NCBI GenBank assembly: GCA_964594985.1
Contig: CAZQNQ010000010.1
Location: 71,466-135,465, forward strand
Direction: 5' to 3'
Source of the DNA: an uncultured Bifidobacterium sp.
Lineage (GTDB): Bacteria > Verrucomicrobiota > Verrucomicrobiia > Limisphaerales > JADLHS01
Length of the DNA: 64,000 nucleotides
A program made the position numbers and the translations under genes. The notes below the pieces were generated by a model. The model was not told the DNA's origin and searched no databases. It was given only the letters and a program-made list of their open reading frames with translations. Shown here one piece after another: positions 27,534 to 37,731 of the stretch (position 1 is its first letter; every line of letters starts with the position of its first letter).

Positions 27534-28778
27534 ATGCAACTCAAGCTGATCAGTTTGCTGGGACTGCTGGTGTTCGTTGGAATGGCGTGGGCAATCTCTT
27601 CCAACCGGAAACAGATCCCGTGGCGCACGGTGCTCTGGGGGCTGGGGCTGCAGTTTCTCTTTGGCTTTCTCATTTTGAAGACCACGCCGGGCGAGCGCGT
27701 ATTTGATTTCTGCCAACGCGGCGTGACCAAACTGATCGGGTTTGCGGATGAAGGTTCAAAAATGGTTTTTGGGCCGCTGGCCAATGGGGATTTGCTCTCG
27801 GAAAAACTTGGGCCGGGCAACGGCTTCATTTTCGTCATCACCGTCACGGCGACCATCATTCTTGTCGCGGCGCTATCCTCGCTGCTTTACCACTACGGCA
27901 TTCTGCAACTCGTGGTGCGCGGCACGGCGTGGGTGATGCAACGGCTCATGCGCACCAGCGGCAGTGAAAGCCTCGCGGCGGCGGCCAACATCTTCATGGG
28001 CCAGACCGAAGCGCCGCTCGTCATCCGCCCATATCTGCCCACGATGACGCGGAGCGAAATCCTCGCCTTGATGACCGGCGGCATGGCGACGATTGCCGGC
28101 GGCGTGCTGGCGGCCTATGTCTCGTTCGGCATTTCCGCCGGCCACTTGCTGACCGCCTCGGTGATGAGCGCGCCAGCGGCGTTGTTGATCGCAAAAGTGA
28201 TGTTGCCCGAAACGGAGAAAAGCGAAACCGCCGCCGGGGCTGCGGCGAAAATCCCACGCGAGACGACGAACGGCCTCGATGCGCTGTGTCGCGGCGCAAG
28301 CGAGGGAATGATGCTGGCAATCAATGTCATGGCCATGCTCATCGCGTTCGTGGCGGTGGTGGCGCTGGCGAATTATCTGATCGGGTTGGGGCTGCGACAG
28401 TTCGGCTACACCGGCAACACGCCGCTGCAAACGCTGTTCGGCTGGGTGAACGCGCCGTTCGCCTGGCTGATGGGCGTGCCGTGGAAGGATTGCCAGGCGA
28501 TCGGCAGCATTTTGGGCGAACGCATCGTCATCAACGAATTCGTCGGTTACTTGAGCCTGAGCAAGATGGCGACGGACCTCGACCCGCGCAGCTACACGCT
28601 GGCGACGTATGCGCTCTGCGGCTTTGCGAATTTTTCCAGCATCGCAATCCAGATCGGCGGCATCGGTTCGCTCGCACCGACGCGGCGGGCGGATCTGGCA
28701 AAACTTGGCTTGCGCGCGATGGTGGGCGGATTGCTGGCAAGTTACTTAACAGCGACGATTGCCGGGATTTTGATATGA
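27534..28778 (+). CDS. NupC/NupG-type concentrative nucleoside transporter
   Basis: Start at MQLKLISLLGLLVF. Polytopic, with the conserved GERIVINEFVGY and FANFSSIAIQIGG motifs. Confidence 0.85.
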   Translation: MQLKLISLLGLLVFVGMAWAISSNRKQIPWRTVLWGLGLQFLFGFLILKTTPGERVFDFCQRGVTKLIGFADEGSKMVFGPLANGDLLSEKLGPGNGFIFVITVTATIILVAALSSLLYHYGILQLVVRGTAWVMQRLMRTSGSESLAAAANIFMGQTEAPLVIRPYLPTMTRSEILALMTGGMATIAGGVLAAYVSFGISAGHLLTASVMSAPAALLIAKVMLPETEKSETAAGAAAKIPRETTNGLDALCRGASEGMMLAINVMAMLIAFVAVVALANYLIGLGLRQFGYTGNTPLQTLFGWVNAPFAWLMGVPWKDCQAIGSILGERIVINEFVGYLSLSKMATDLDPRSYTLATYALCGFANFSSIAIQIGGIGSLAPTRRADLAKLGLRAMVGGLLASYLTATIAGILI

Positions 28779-29851
28779 AAACAGACTTCTGGGGCAAAAT
28801 GTCGGATGAGTATCTCAAGGATAATCCTGAGCCTCCTCCGTTGACGGATACATCGCTTGCAGCATTTGAGCAACGAGCTGGGCTTAAACTGCCGAAGATG
28901 CTGACGGATTTACTGCGAGTCAAAAATGGTGGCCTGCTCCAAAACACGGATTTTCGCTTCCATGGCAAGGGATATGAGGTGACTTACATCAAAGCTGTCG
29001 CGTCCGATGATTCGTATGATTCGATCAGGTCGTATACGAGCATTTTGAGTGACACAGACTCGGTCGAAACCAGGGAGCAATTACAAGGCATCATGGGTCC
29101 GCTCAACAAGCTTCTCTACGTTGCCGAACCCTCTGGTTATCCTTTCGGCTATGTCCTCAACTACAACAAACTAAATTCGCATGGTGAGCCAACGATCTGG
29201 TGCATCGGATTGGAATTTGGGGAGCCACCCAGCGTTAAGCAGATCGCGGACTCATTCGCAGAATTTTTAGCCGGGCAGTATTTCGGAGACGAACTGCCCA
29301 TTGTTGACCTAAAGGAAGCGGACAAATACCGACTGGTCGCCAAGGGGGGATATGAAGGGCGATATGAGGGTGAACCTGAACCGGAACGCGGCGTTTTAAG
29401 CGGCTTGCCAGTTAAAGTTCGCTGGAAGATTTGTTCCCACCGAAACCGGCTGATCGTATTCCAGGACATTGACTGGGCCGGTCAAAAGGAGATTCGCCGC
29501 GAGGAAATCCACAAGGCTGCCCTGACACTTGATTTTCCAGAGTTGGAAAGTTACGGCGTCGAATTAGAGCCGGAATTGGCAGAAATGATCCGTCCTGCGG
29601 TCGAGGTTGAGGTGATTTCCCAAAGCGAGATCCCGGTAATCCCCAAGATTTGGGTGCTGCTTCTGCACATTCAAATGGGCGATAAACGATGGGTGAAAAC
29701 GGCCAGTTCGTCACTTTTTCAAGGACGATGGAAGAATGAGAAATCAAAGATCCTTTATTCCTCGATCAAATCCGCGAGCCGATCTGAAGTGGAAAAGACC
29801 CTTCGGGCTGTCGCCGCCAGTTGCGCGGGGCTGCGACGCTGGTTTGGTTAA
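28775..29851 (+). CDS. SMI1/KNR4 (SUKH-1) family protein with a ~200-aa uncharacterised C-terminal extension
   Basis: LAAFEQRAGLKLPKMLTDLLRVKNGGLL is the SMI1/KNR4 N-terminal signature. The ATG at 28775 overlaps the transporter stop. The gene is visibly AT-richer than its neighbours. Confidence 0.7.
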   Translation: MKTDFWGKMSDEYLKDNPEPPPLTDTSLAAFEQRAGLKLPKMLTDLLRVKNGGLLQNTDFRFHGKGYEVTYIKAVASDDSYDSIRSYTSILSDTDSVETREQLQGIMGPLNKLLYVAEPSGYPFGYVLNYNKLNSHGEPTIWCIGLEFGEPPSVKQIADSFAEFLAGQYFGDELPIVDLKEADKYRLVAKGGYEGRYEGEPEPERGVLSGLPVKVRWKICSHRNRLIVFQDIDWAGQKEIRREEIHKAALTLDFPELESYGVELEPELAEMIRPAVEVEVISQSEIPVIPKIWVLLLHIQMGDKRWVKTASSSLFQGRWKNEKSKILYSSIKSASRSEVEKTLRAVAASCAGLRRWFG

Positions 29852-29900
29852 AAATCGGTTTCCGATTGAGCCCTTCCGCCGTCCGCGCTACAACTCCGCC

Positions 29901-30290
29901 ATGCTCAAGACCGGCATCCTCAATCCCCACATCCTCGACCTCCTCGCCCGCATCCGTCACACCAACACGCTCGTCATCGCGGATCGGGGTTTTCCGTTCT
30001 GGCCCGAGATCGAGACGGTGGACCTCTCGCTCGTGGACGATGTGCCGACGGTGTTTCAGGTGTTGAACGCCGTTCGCGCCCAATGCGTCATCGGCAAGGC
30101 CTGGATGGCGAAGGAATTCCTGCCGGCCAACAACAAACGCACGCAGACGCGGTATGTCACCGCTTTGAAGGGAGCGACCTTGAGTTTCGAGCCGCACGTG
30201 GACTTCAAGAAACGCGTGCCCCACGCCATCGGCCTGATCCGCACCGGCGACACGACGCAGTACGGGAACATCATCCTGGAGTCGGCGTAG
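29901..30290 (+). CDS. RbsD/FucU family sugar mutarotase/pyranase
   Basis: MLKTGILNPHILDLLARIRHTNTLVIADRGFPFW resembles the RbsD_FucU N-terminus. 129 aa. Confidence 0.7.
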   Translation: MLKTGILNPHILDLLARIRHTNTLVIADRGFPFWPEIETVDLSLVDDVPTVFQVLNAVRAQCVIGKAWMAKEFLPANNKRTQTRYVTALKGATLSFEPHVDFKKRVPHAIGLIRTGDTTQYGNIILESA

Positions 30291-31133
30291 TCAGCCCTGG
30301 TTTTCGTCCTTGGGATTCCGGCGAGGCAATGGCGCGCGCAGCTTTCGATACAACCGGGTCTCCAACGGGCGGAGCGGACTGAGCCATTTGTAGAACGGGG
30401 AGTAAATCAATCGCACCCGGAAGGTGGAAAGAAACATCACCAGCGACGTGCGGAACAGGGACGATGTGACTTTCGACCCGATCTTGTCGGTCCATTCGGT
30501 GGGCACTTCCTTGACGGTGAAGCCGGCGCGCCGGAGCGAAACGATCAGATTCACGTCAAAGGCCAGATCCGCGATGCGCAGGCTGGAGTGGATCTTTTCC
30601 ACGGCGGCGCGGCGCATGACTTTGCACGGGCATTGGGTGTCCTTGATGTTCATCCAGAACAGCGATTGCACGACGAGATGGAAACAGCGGCTGGTGAACC
30701 GGCGCACCCACGGTTGCGCCTGGTGCAACACCGCACCGGGCAGCCAGCGCGAACCGATGATGCAATCCGCTTCGTTGAGACGTTTGGCCAGGGCATGAAA
30801 CGCCGCCGGTGGCGTGGCCCCGTCGGCGTCCACGTAACCCACAATCTCCGCTTTTGACGCGAGCTTGAGTCCTTCGATAAGCGCCCCGCCCTTGCCGATG
30901 GGTTCGGGAAAATCCAGCAGGCTGATGAACTTGAAGTCTAGGGTGACTGCTTCCACAACGCCCCGCGTGTTGTCGCGGCAACCGTTGAGCACGACGACGA
31001 TCTGGAAGTCGCCCTGGTAATGGGCCTGAAAATAATGGCCGAGTTCGCGCAGCACCGGTCCGATGCGCGCTTCTTCGTTGTACGCTGGAATGAGCAACAG
31101 CAGACTAGGCTCAGGCACGCGGCTTTGTAGCAA
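30291..31133 (-). CDS. Family 2 glycosyltransferase (polyprenol-phosphate glycosyltransferase-like)
   Basis: LLLLIPAYNEEARIG and the DxD motif VGYVDADGATP. Confidence 0.85.
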   Translation of the reverse strand: MLQSRVPEPSLLLLIPAYNEEARIGPVLRELGHYFQAHYQGDFQIVVVLNGCRDNTRGVVEAVTLDFKFISLLDFPEPIGKGGALIEGLKLASKAEIVGYVDADGATPPAAFHALAKRLNEADCIIGSRWLPGAVLHQAQPWVRRFTSRCFHLVVQSLFWMNIKDTQCPCKVMRRAAVEKIHSSLRIADLAFDVNLIVSLRRAGFTVKEVPTEWTDKIGSKVTSSLFRTSLVMFLSTFRVRLIYSPFYKWLSPLRPLETRLYRKLRAPLPRRNPKDENQG

Positions 31134-31201
31134 GGGGCGGAGGAAAAGTCGAATCGCGAATCATCCGCGCGCCCGGGGCGCACCACGATTCCATCAATGA
31201 A

Positions 31202-31343
31202 AGGTGTGATTCAAACTGCCGTGCGCTCCGGCCTCTTAATCTTAATCTTTTTCGTAATCTTAATCTCCGGGCCAGAAGGATTAAGAAAAAGATTAGGATT
31301 AAGATTAAGAACCGGCCCGGCGAGCGGCAGTTCCAATCACACC
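31202..31343. repeat. 142-bp long hairpin with periodic CTTAATC arms (family E)
   Basis: GGTGTGATTCAAACTGCCG...CTCTTAATCTTAATCTTTTTCGTAATCTTAATC faces GGATTAAGAAAAAGATTAGGATTAAGATTAAGA...CGGCAGTTCCAATCACACC. Confidence 0.8.
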
Positions 31344-31345
31344 CC

Positions 31346-31849
31346 TCAATGAAAAACGCTCTTGATGAAGCGGGGTTCGTTCTCCACCTGCGTCAACCGC
31401 CAGAAATAGACGGCGATGCCGCCGAGCATCAGCACGTTCACCGCTTGAAACACCCCCTCCCAGACCTGGAACTGCCGCCGGGCGGCCTCGGCTTGCGCGG
31501 CCGGTTGATTGGGGACGAACTGAGCGCGTTGCAACCTAGCCAGCTTGGGACACAACCACAGACTGCCGATCAGACTGCCGACGAATAGAGCCGTCAACAG
31601 CCCCGCCCAGAAGCGCCGGGGGAAACGCCCCAGATACAACCATTCGGCGACCAAGTGCAGCCCGGCGAGGATCGCACAGAGGATTTGCAGATGATAAAAC
31701 CGGGTGAAGATGATCTGCGTCAAAGCCCCGGAAACCTGGCTGAAGTATTGCGTCCCGATCAAGGCGACCGCCGCGCGCGAGTTCATCGCCACCAGCAACG
31801 CCGTGGAGCAAAACACCGCGCTGCCCAACCAGACGGCGGCATTGAGCAT
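31346..31849 (-). CDS. DUF4149-like integral membrane protein
   Basis: Start at MLNAAVWLGSAVF. Four hydrophobic segments. The upstream in-frame extension in the ORF track is read-through of a repeat (PHPGPLPIRWGEGG). Confidence 0.6.
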   Translation of the reverse strand: MLNAAVWLGSAVFCSTALLVAMNSRAAVALIGTQYFSQVSGALTQIIFTRFYHLQILCAILAGLHLVAEWLYLGRFPRRFWAGLLTALFVGSLIGSLWLCPKLARLQRAQFVPNQPAAQAEAARRQFQVWEGVFQAVNVLMLGGIAVYFWRLTQVENEPRFIKSVFH

Positions 31850-31940
31850 CCCGACAAAGCGAAGGAATCCGGTCACGCGGCAACCGTAGAAACATTCCCC
31901 CGCCCTGCCAAGCCCGGATGTTGCACCCGCGCCCGGACCT

Positions 31941-32088
31941 AGAACGGTTTTCAAAAAAATGTTGGAAACAAAATCCCCCCACCCGGCCTGGCGGCCACCC
32001 TCTCCCCATCGGATGGGGAGAGGGCCGGGGTGAGGGGCGTTTCGCAAAGCGGGAGTTTTCAACATTCATTTTGGGGTACGCTCTAAAA
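31941..32088. repeat. Family C repeat (diverged copy) with core palindrome CCCTCTCCCCATCGGATGGGGAGAGGG
   Basis: Collinear with 49818-49966 and 62361-62508, and with 57575-57663 in inverse orientation. Confidence 0.75.
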
Positions 32089-32139
32089 GAAAAAGCCCCG
32101 GCGCTAACCGGGGCTTTCGCGGATCGTGGTCGTTGCGGA

Positions 32140-33081
32140 TTATTTCATCCGGTCGAAATTCTTCTGGAGAATCTGCCAGTCCTTGAGGCCCTGCACTTTT
32201 TCCTGCATGGACTTGTGGATCTCGGCTTCCTTCGTGTTCTTCGTCGGCTTGGACTTCTTGAAGAAGATGCCGAAGCGGCCCGGGAACGGTTCGTCGGCCA
32301 GCTTGTAGGCGGCCATCTCGTCGGTCACGTCGTGGTCGGCGGGGACGAGGTTGAACACGCCGCCTTTGCGCGGGTTGCTCGCGTCGAACGCGCCTTCGTA
32401 GAACTCGACGCATTCGCTCAGGCATTCGATGAAGCTGAAGCCGTCGTGATCCATCGCGGCTTCCATCATCTGGAGGACGTGATTCGGATTGGTGTGCGTG
32501 GTGCGGGCCACAAACGTCGCGCCCGCCGCGATCGCCTGCTTCATCGGGTTGATCGGATAATCCACCGCGCCCCATTGGTCGGTCTTGCTCTTGAACCCGA
32601 GCGGCGACGTGGGCGAGGTCTGTTTCTTCGTCAGGCCGTAAACCCAGTTGTCCATCACGCAATAGGTCATCTTGATGTTCTTGCGCGCGGTGTGATTGAA
32701 ATGATTGCCGCCGATGGAGAAGGCGTCGCCGTCGCCACCGAACACGAACACGTGCAGGTCCGGACGCGAGAGTGAAATGCCGCTCGCGAACGGCAGCGCG
32801 CGGCCATGGATAAAGTGCGCGCCGTGGGCTTGCACGAAATACGGGAAGCGGCTCGAGCAACCGATGCCCGCGACCGTGGTGATCTTTTCGTGATGCATCT
32901 TGCGCTTCTCGATCAGCTTGAAATAAAGCGCGAGTACGGAGAAATCGCCGCAACCGGGGCACCATGTCGGGTGATCGGCAGCGACTTCTTTCTTCGTCAG
33001 GCCCTTGCGCTCTTCGGGCGTAGGGACGCGAGGGGTCAAAACAGCGGGACTCGTGGGAGCTTCGGTAAGTATCTGGCTCAT
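32140..33081 (-). CDS. korB: 2-oxoglutarate/2-oxoacid:ferredoxin oxidoreductase beta subunit
   Basis: TPP-binding WCPGCGDFSVL and GGDGDAFSIGGNH. Confidence 0.88.
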   Translation of the reverse strand: MSQILTEAPTSPAVLTPRVPTPEERKGLTKKEVAADHPTWCPGCGDFSVLALYFKLIEKRKMHHEKITTVAGIGCSSRFPYFVQAHGAHFIHGRALPFASGISLSRPDLHVFVFGGDGDAFSIGGNHFNHTARKNIKMTYCVMDNWVYGLTKKQTSPTSPLGFKSKTDQWGAVDYPINPMKQAIAAGATFVARTTHTNPNHVLQMMEAAMDHDGFSFIECLSECVEFYEGAFDASNPRKGGVFNLVPADHDVTDEMAAYKLADEPFPGRFGIFFKKSKPTKNTKEAEIHKSMQEKVQGLKDWQILQKNFDRMK

Positions 33082-33099
33082 ATTAAAAAGTGGTTGAAA

Positions 33100-34923
33100 T
33101 TATTGTTTGCGCAGACCTTCGGAGACGTTGGTCTTCACGCGTTCGAGGATTTCTTTGACCTTGAACGTAAGGCCGTCGGTCTTGTTGATGCCGCGGATCT
33201 TTGGATCGCAATAACGGGAGCGGAGCAAGCCGCCAAGCTGGCCGAAACCATAGAGGCCTTCGTCGTTCATCTCGACCACGAGGATATGGTTGAAGCCGGA
33301 GAAAATGTTTTCCAAGTCCGGCGGCAACGGGTTCAGGTGCTTGATGTGAATTGAGGACACGCTGTCGCCGGCGGCGCGGGCGCGGTCCACGGCTTCCTTG
33401 ATCGGACCTTGGGTCGAACCCCAGCCGACGAGGAGAACATTGCCTTCGCTCGGGCCGTAAATCTTCGGCGTGGGCAACGTCGCCCCGAGCGCCTGCAGTT
33501 TCTTGCGGCGCTTCGCCATCATCTGCATGTGCAACTTCGGCGAGCCGGTCGGATGACCGAGTTCGTCGTGCTCGAGACCGGTGACAATCGGATATTTACC
33601 GCTCTGAATCCATGTGCCCGGCGGAACGTGCTGCGTGATGCCATCCTTGGCGGAGAGATCGTAAGGCTTGTGATCGGCGACGGGTTTGAAATCGGGGGAA
33701 ATGTCCTGGCAAACTTTTTCGAGATTCGGCTCGGTGAAGGCTTCGATGCGGGTGGCGATGCCTTGGTCGGTGAGAAGAATTACGGGAACGCTGTATTTCT
33801 TCGCAATGTTGACGGCTTCAATCGCGGAGTAAAAACAATCTTCCACGTCCGCCGGCGCAATCACCACGCGCGGAGAATCGCCGTGACCGCCGAAGCAGGC
33901 GATGTTCAAGTCGGACTGCTCGATGTTCGTCGGCATACCCGTCGAAGGTCCACCGCGTTGCACGTCCACAATGACGAGCGGCATTTCCGCCATCACCGCC
34001 CAACCGAGCGCTTCGGTCTTGAGCGAGATGCCCGGACCGCTGGAGCCGGTGACCGCCACGCGACCGGCGTAGCTGCCGCCGATGGCCATCGAGATGGCCG
34101 CGATTTCGTCCTCAGTCTGCATGAACGTGCCGCCATATTTGGGCAGTTCGCGCCGCAATAATTCCATGATGTCGGACCACGGGGTGATCGGGTAACCTGC
34201 GCCGAAACGCACGCCCGCCGCGATGAGGCCGTAGCCGAGCGCTTCATTGCCGTTCATCACGATTTGATGCCCGCCCTTGCTCTGGCTATCAACAAACTTG
34301 AAGGTTTCCAGCACGTTGCCAAGCGAGTGCCCATAACCCGCGTGGAAAGCCGAGAGCGCGTTTTTGACGATGCTCTGATCTTTGCCGGTGAAGCGTTCGG
34401 TGATCAATCTTTCCAGCTTCGGCAGGTCGAGCGCGAACATCTTGGCGATCAGTCCAAGGGCATAGATGTTTTTGCCTTTATCCTTGGCCGTGCCGCCGAT
34501 GGCTTCGACCGTCAGACCGGAAATCGGGATGCCCAGATGATGGTAATCCTTCTGCCACTCAGGCTTCGCTTCGACATGGTCGGAATCATAGAGCACAATG
34601 CCGCCCTTCTTGAGCGAGTTGATGTGGCCTTCGTAGGAATGCTGATAGAACGCCAGCAAGACGTCGGCTTCATCACCGGAACTGAGGACTTCGCCCGAAC
34701 CGATGCGAACCTGGAAGATGGACGGCCCGCCGGAAATCGTGGCCGGAATCGTCATGAACGTCATGACTTCCTGTTCGCTGCGGCCGGCGAGGCGGGCGAG
34801 GAAACCACCGATGGCCTGGATGCCGTCCTGGGAATTGCCGGCGATGCGGATGACGGCCTCGGAAATCTGGGCGACTTTCGGCGCTCCACCCGCGTTTGCG
34901 GCTGCTACTGTTGAATCACTCAT
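33100..34923 (-). CDS. korA: 2-oxoglutarate/2-oxoacid:ferredoxin oxidoreductase alpha subunit
   Basis: 607 aa with GNEALGYGLIAAGVRFGAGYPITP and SGPGISLKTE. Immediately upstream of korB. Confidence 0.88.
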   Translation of the reverse strand: MSDSTVAAANAGGAPKVAQISEAVIRIAGNSQDGIQAIGGFLARLAGRSEQEVMTFMTIPATISGGPSIFQVRIGSGEVLSSGDEADVLLAFYQHSYEGHINSLKKGGIVLYDSDHVEAKPEWQKDYHHLGIPISGLTVEAIGGTAKDKGKNIYALGLIAKMFALDLPKLERLITERFTGKDQSIVKNALSAFHAGYGHSLGNVLETFKFVDSQSKGGHQIVMNGNEALGYGLIAAGVRFGAGYPITPWSDIMELLRRELPKYGGTFMQTEDEIAAISMAIGGSYAGRVAVTGSSGPGISLKTEALGWAVMAEMPLVIVDVQRGGPSTGMPTNIEQSDLNIACFGGHGDSPRVVIAPADVEDCFYSAIEAVNIAKKYSVPVILLTDQGIATRIEAFTEPNLEKVCQDISPDFKPVADHKPYDLSAKDGITQHVPPGTWIQSGKYPIVTGLEHDELGHPTGSPKLHMQMMAKRRKKLQALGATLPTPKIYGPSEGNVLLVGWGSTQGPIKEAVDRARAAGDSVSSIHIKHLNPLPPDLENIFSGFNHILVVEMNDEGLYGFGQLGGLLRSRYCDPKIRGINKTDGLTFKVKEILERVKTNVSEGLRKQ

Positions 34924-35236
34924 GAAAACTTTCTATTCAAAATGCGCGTCACGTTTCGAGGGGACAACTCGACCGCTTTGCGCGACACACTGTGCTTTCT
35001 CACAGTACCAAGCGACGGGATAGAGTCAATTTCTTCTCCGTCATATCTCGGTTGTTCAGGGCCAATCCATGACTGCCACGCATGGAAATGTCAGGTTTCA
35101 GCCAGAAAAGTAAGCAGGCGTGATTCAGGCGACAGCAGGGATAAAACGACTTAATCAAAGCTCCGAGCGCGGGTGGCTGGAAATTCCGGCGGAAACTATA
35201 CTTGTCCCATCATGCTGAAACTTCAAAATCGCCTTC

Positions 35237-35989
35237 GTGCATGATCAACCTGAACCAGTCTCAAGCAGTTCTCCCGAGCCGCTTGATACGCATGACGGTG
35301 GATTGCTCACCCGGCTGAGACGACGATGGCGGGCTTTCTCTCAAGCCAGTGCGACCGAAATCTTCTCGGAAATGCTCGTGCGCTCTTTGGTTGGGTTGGT
35401 TTTGGGCGGCATTGCCTGCGTAGCCTTGATTCCAATCGTCTTCTGGCCCAGCAAGCGAAATCCCCAGCCCATGTTCAACGAAATGAGCGACGCAACTTGG
35501 GCCATGTGGCTGTTTGCCGGAATGCTGCTTTTACCCGCCATCATTGGGGCTTTAAGCACGTTTCTAGGTGATCTCAAAGCCGGCTTCAAGGCCGCGCTCG
35601 GCATGAAGAAGCGCCGGGCAAGATATGAGATCGCTGATGGGGTCATCCTGATTGATGAAGCTGAACCTCCCGCCAGTTGGCTGCGCCGCATCCTCGGCGC
35701 GATGGGCAATGCGTTGGCGTGGATAGTTGTTTGCGCGCCCGGACTAATCTTCATGCTGGCCGGATTCAGCGCCGTAATCAACGAACGCATCACCGCTGGC
35801 AGGATGCAGCGCACTTCTTATGGCATCACTGCGGTCGGTTTCGGGTGGATTGAAGTCGCTTTGGGAGTCTGGTTCTTGGCGGAGGGTTTTCATCTCAAAA
35901 CCGACCGGCCCATCTATCGCTGGATTGGATGGGTTTTGGCTGGAGCGTGTCTGGTCAAAGGGATTTCCGTCCTGATTTCCGGGAAATAA
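35237..35989 (+). CDS. Integral membrane hypothetical protein
   Basis: 250-aa GTG-start ORF with about 6 hydrophobic segments. No family recognised. Confidence 0.55.
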   Translation: MHDQPEPVSSSSPEPLDTHDGGLLTRLRRRWRAFSQASATEIFSEMLVRSLVGLVLGGIACVALIPIVFWPSKRNPQPMFNEMSDATWAMWLFAGMLLLPAIIGALSTFLGDLKAGFKAALGMKKRRARYEIADGVILIDEAEPPASWLRRILGAMGNALAWIVVCAPGLIFMLAGFSAVINERITAGRMQRTSYGITAVGFGWIEVALGVWFLAEGFHLKTDRPIYRWIGWVLAGACLVKGISVLISGK

Positions 35990-35996
35990 GTCCGCA

Positions 35997-36767
35997 TCAG
36001 GCAAAGAAGCGCTCCAGCCCCTCCGCGACGCCGTGCCCGCAATGCAACTCACTCACAAAGCCGCCCTGCTTCTTCACCGCTTCTTTCGTCAGCGAAATCG
36101 CATTGGCTGGCGCAACGAGATAGCGCGCAAATTCCGTCTTCAACATCGGCAAGTCGTTCAGATGATCGCCCGCCGCCAAAACTTCTTCGCTCGTCAGCTT
36201 GAGCATCCGTGTCAGTTCCGCCAGCGCCGTGCCTTTGTTGTAATTCACATGGCTGAAGCGCGCATAGACATCGTTGCGCACCACGGTCAGTTCCGGGAAG
36301 CGGCGGCAAAACTCGTCGAGTCGCGCGTGGATTACGTCCGCATCGCCGTTGTTTCCCGCGATCAAACAAAACGGCGACCACGAGTCCTCGTAAACCGTTG
36401 CCTTGAACCGCTCATTAACCCAATCCATCAACGCGGAAACCTCTGGGCGCACCCGCGCAAACAGCACCTCGTGATCGCGATGACACGCCGTGTTCCAATG
36501 CTCCACCGGCGCGTAACGCCCGCCGTCGTGCTGATAAATCTCGCGCTCCACCAGGACCAGATAATCCGGCTGCACCGTGATCCGCGCCCGGGCCAGGGCT
36601 TCCATCAAGCTGGACATGTCGCGCCCGGTGTTGATGACCCATTTCACGCCCCGCGCCTGCAAATCGCTGATGAGCGACACAAAGCGCGGCGGGATCGGCG
36701 GGTTCTCGAACTCCGCGAACAGCGTCCCATCGAAGTCCGTTGAAACTAATTTGATTGGCAAACTCAT
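35997..36767 (-). CDS. HAD-superfamily (Cof/IIB-like) hydrolase
   Basis: Start at MSLPIKLVSTDFDGTLF (DxDxT motif), then NTGR and a distal GDHLNDLPM. Confidence 0.8.
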   Translation of the reverse strand: MSLPIKLVSTDFDGTLFAEFENPPIPPRFVSLISDLQARGVKWVINTGRDMSSLMEALARARITVQPDYLVLVEREIYQHDGGRYAPVEHWNTACHRDHEVLFARVRPEVSALMDWVNERFKATVYEDSWSPFCLIAGNNGDADVIHARLDEFCRRFPELTVVRNDVYARFSHVNYNKGTALAELTRMLKLTSEEVLAAGDHLNDLPMLKTEFARYLVAPANAISLTKEAVKKQGGFVSELHCGHGVAEGLERFFA

Positions 36768-36804
36768 CGTCGTGCGGTGCAGTATATCGGGGCCAGACAA
36801 CGCA

Positions 36805-37272
36805 ATGCAAAGTTTGATGAGCGCACCGCAGGAACAATACGACGACGCCATGTTCGCCTTCAGCCAGGGTGATTACGACGGGTGCATCGAGAAACTGCGC
36901 CCCATCCTCGCGAGCGATCCGACGCATTTCGACGCGCAACTCTCCCTTGGCATGGCGTTCTATCGCAAAGGCGATTTCGCCACCGCCATCGCCGAAGGCC
37001 ACAAAGCTGAGCAACTGCGCCCCAAGGAACAGCTTGTTCACACGAACCTGTCGTTGTTCTACATGAAGTCCGGCGACAAACAAACCGCCGAACATCACGG
37101 CCTGCAAGCGCGCATCGCCTCGTGGCGCGAGGACAAATCCAAACCCGGCGAAACTCCCGCCACCGCGTCCGACCCCGAACTGGCGTTCGTGAAACCACCC
37201 ACACCGCCGCCCCTCAAGCCGCCGGAGAAATTCCCCGACATGCCGTGGAAGAAGAAAAAAGTTGATGGTTGA
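36805..37272 (+). CDS. TPR repeat protein
   Basis: Start at MQSLMSAPQEQYDDAMFAFSQGDYDGCIEKL. Three TPR-like units and a Pro-rich tail. Confidence 0.7.
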   Translation: MQSLMSAPQEQYDDAMFAFSQGDYDGCIEKLRPILASDPTHFDAQLSLGMAFYRKGDFATAIAEGHKAEQLRPKEQLVHTNLSLFYMKSGDKQTAEHHGLQARIASWREDKSKPGETPATASDPELAFVKPPTPPPLKPPEKFPDMPWKKKKVDG

Positions 37273-37304
37273 ACTTTGAAACACATCGAAATATGCATTG
37301 TTTG

Positions 37305-37379
37305 GGTAGGGCGCGTCACTCCGTGCGCGCCGTCGTCTGGCTGGCCCAATACGGCGCGCACGGAGTGACGCGCCCTACC
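37305..37379. repeat. Family A inner hairpin, copy 3 (inverted loop, no outer arms)
   Basis: 28-bp arms at 37305-37332 and 37352-37379, identical to copies 1 and 2. The loop TCGTCTGGCTGGC is the reverse complement of the copy-2 loop. Confidence 0.85.
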
Positions 37380-37432
37380 AGCCAAAGGCAAAGCCGTCAT
37401 TTAATTAAGGTTCTCAACAGAAGCTAACGAAT

Positions 37433-37723
37433 ATGAAATCCTCCTACGAACTCGCGATGGAACGCCTGAACAAAACCGCGCCCGTCGCCAAACTGACCGC
37501 TGAACAAAAGAAGGAAATCGCCGAACTCGAATCCAAGGCCAAAGCCAAAACTGCCGAACGCGAAATCGCCTTGAAAGAGGCGACGGCCGCCGCGTCTGAG
37601 GCGGGCGACTACGAGAAAGTGGAGCAACTTCAACAGCAGCTCATCAAAGAACGCAAAGCCATTCAGGCGGACTTGGAGGAGAAGAAAGACCGCATCCACC
37701 AGGCGTCAAAAGGGCGTCGATAA
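37433..37723 (+). CDS. Small coiled-coil hypothetical protein
   Basis: 96 aa, Lys/Glu-rich heptad-like sequence. Its last ~100 nt are repeated at 40655-40756. Confidence 0.65.
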   Translation: MKSSYELAMERLNKTAPVAKLTAEQKKEIAELESKAKAKTAEREIALKEATAAASEAGDYEKVEQLQQQLIKERKAIQADLEEKKDRIHQASKGRR

Positions 37724-37731
37724 AATGCCGT

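Noticed and set aside
31918-32965. ORFs 31918..32775 (+) and 32066..32965 (-)
   Set aside because: The first starts inside a family C repeat and runs antisense to korB. The second is out of frame with korB on the same strand. korB has clear TPP-binding motifs.
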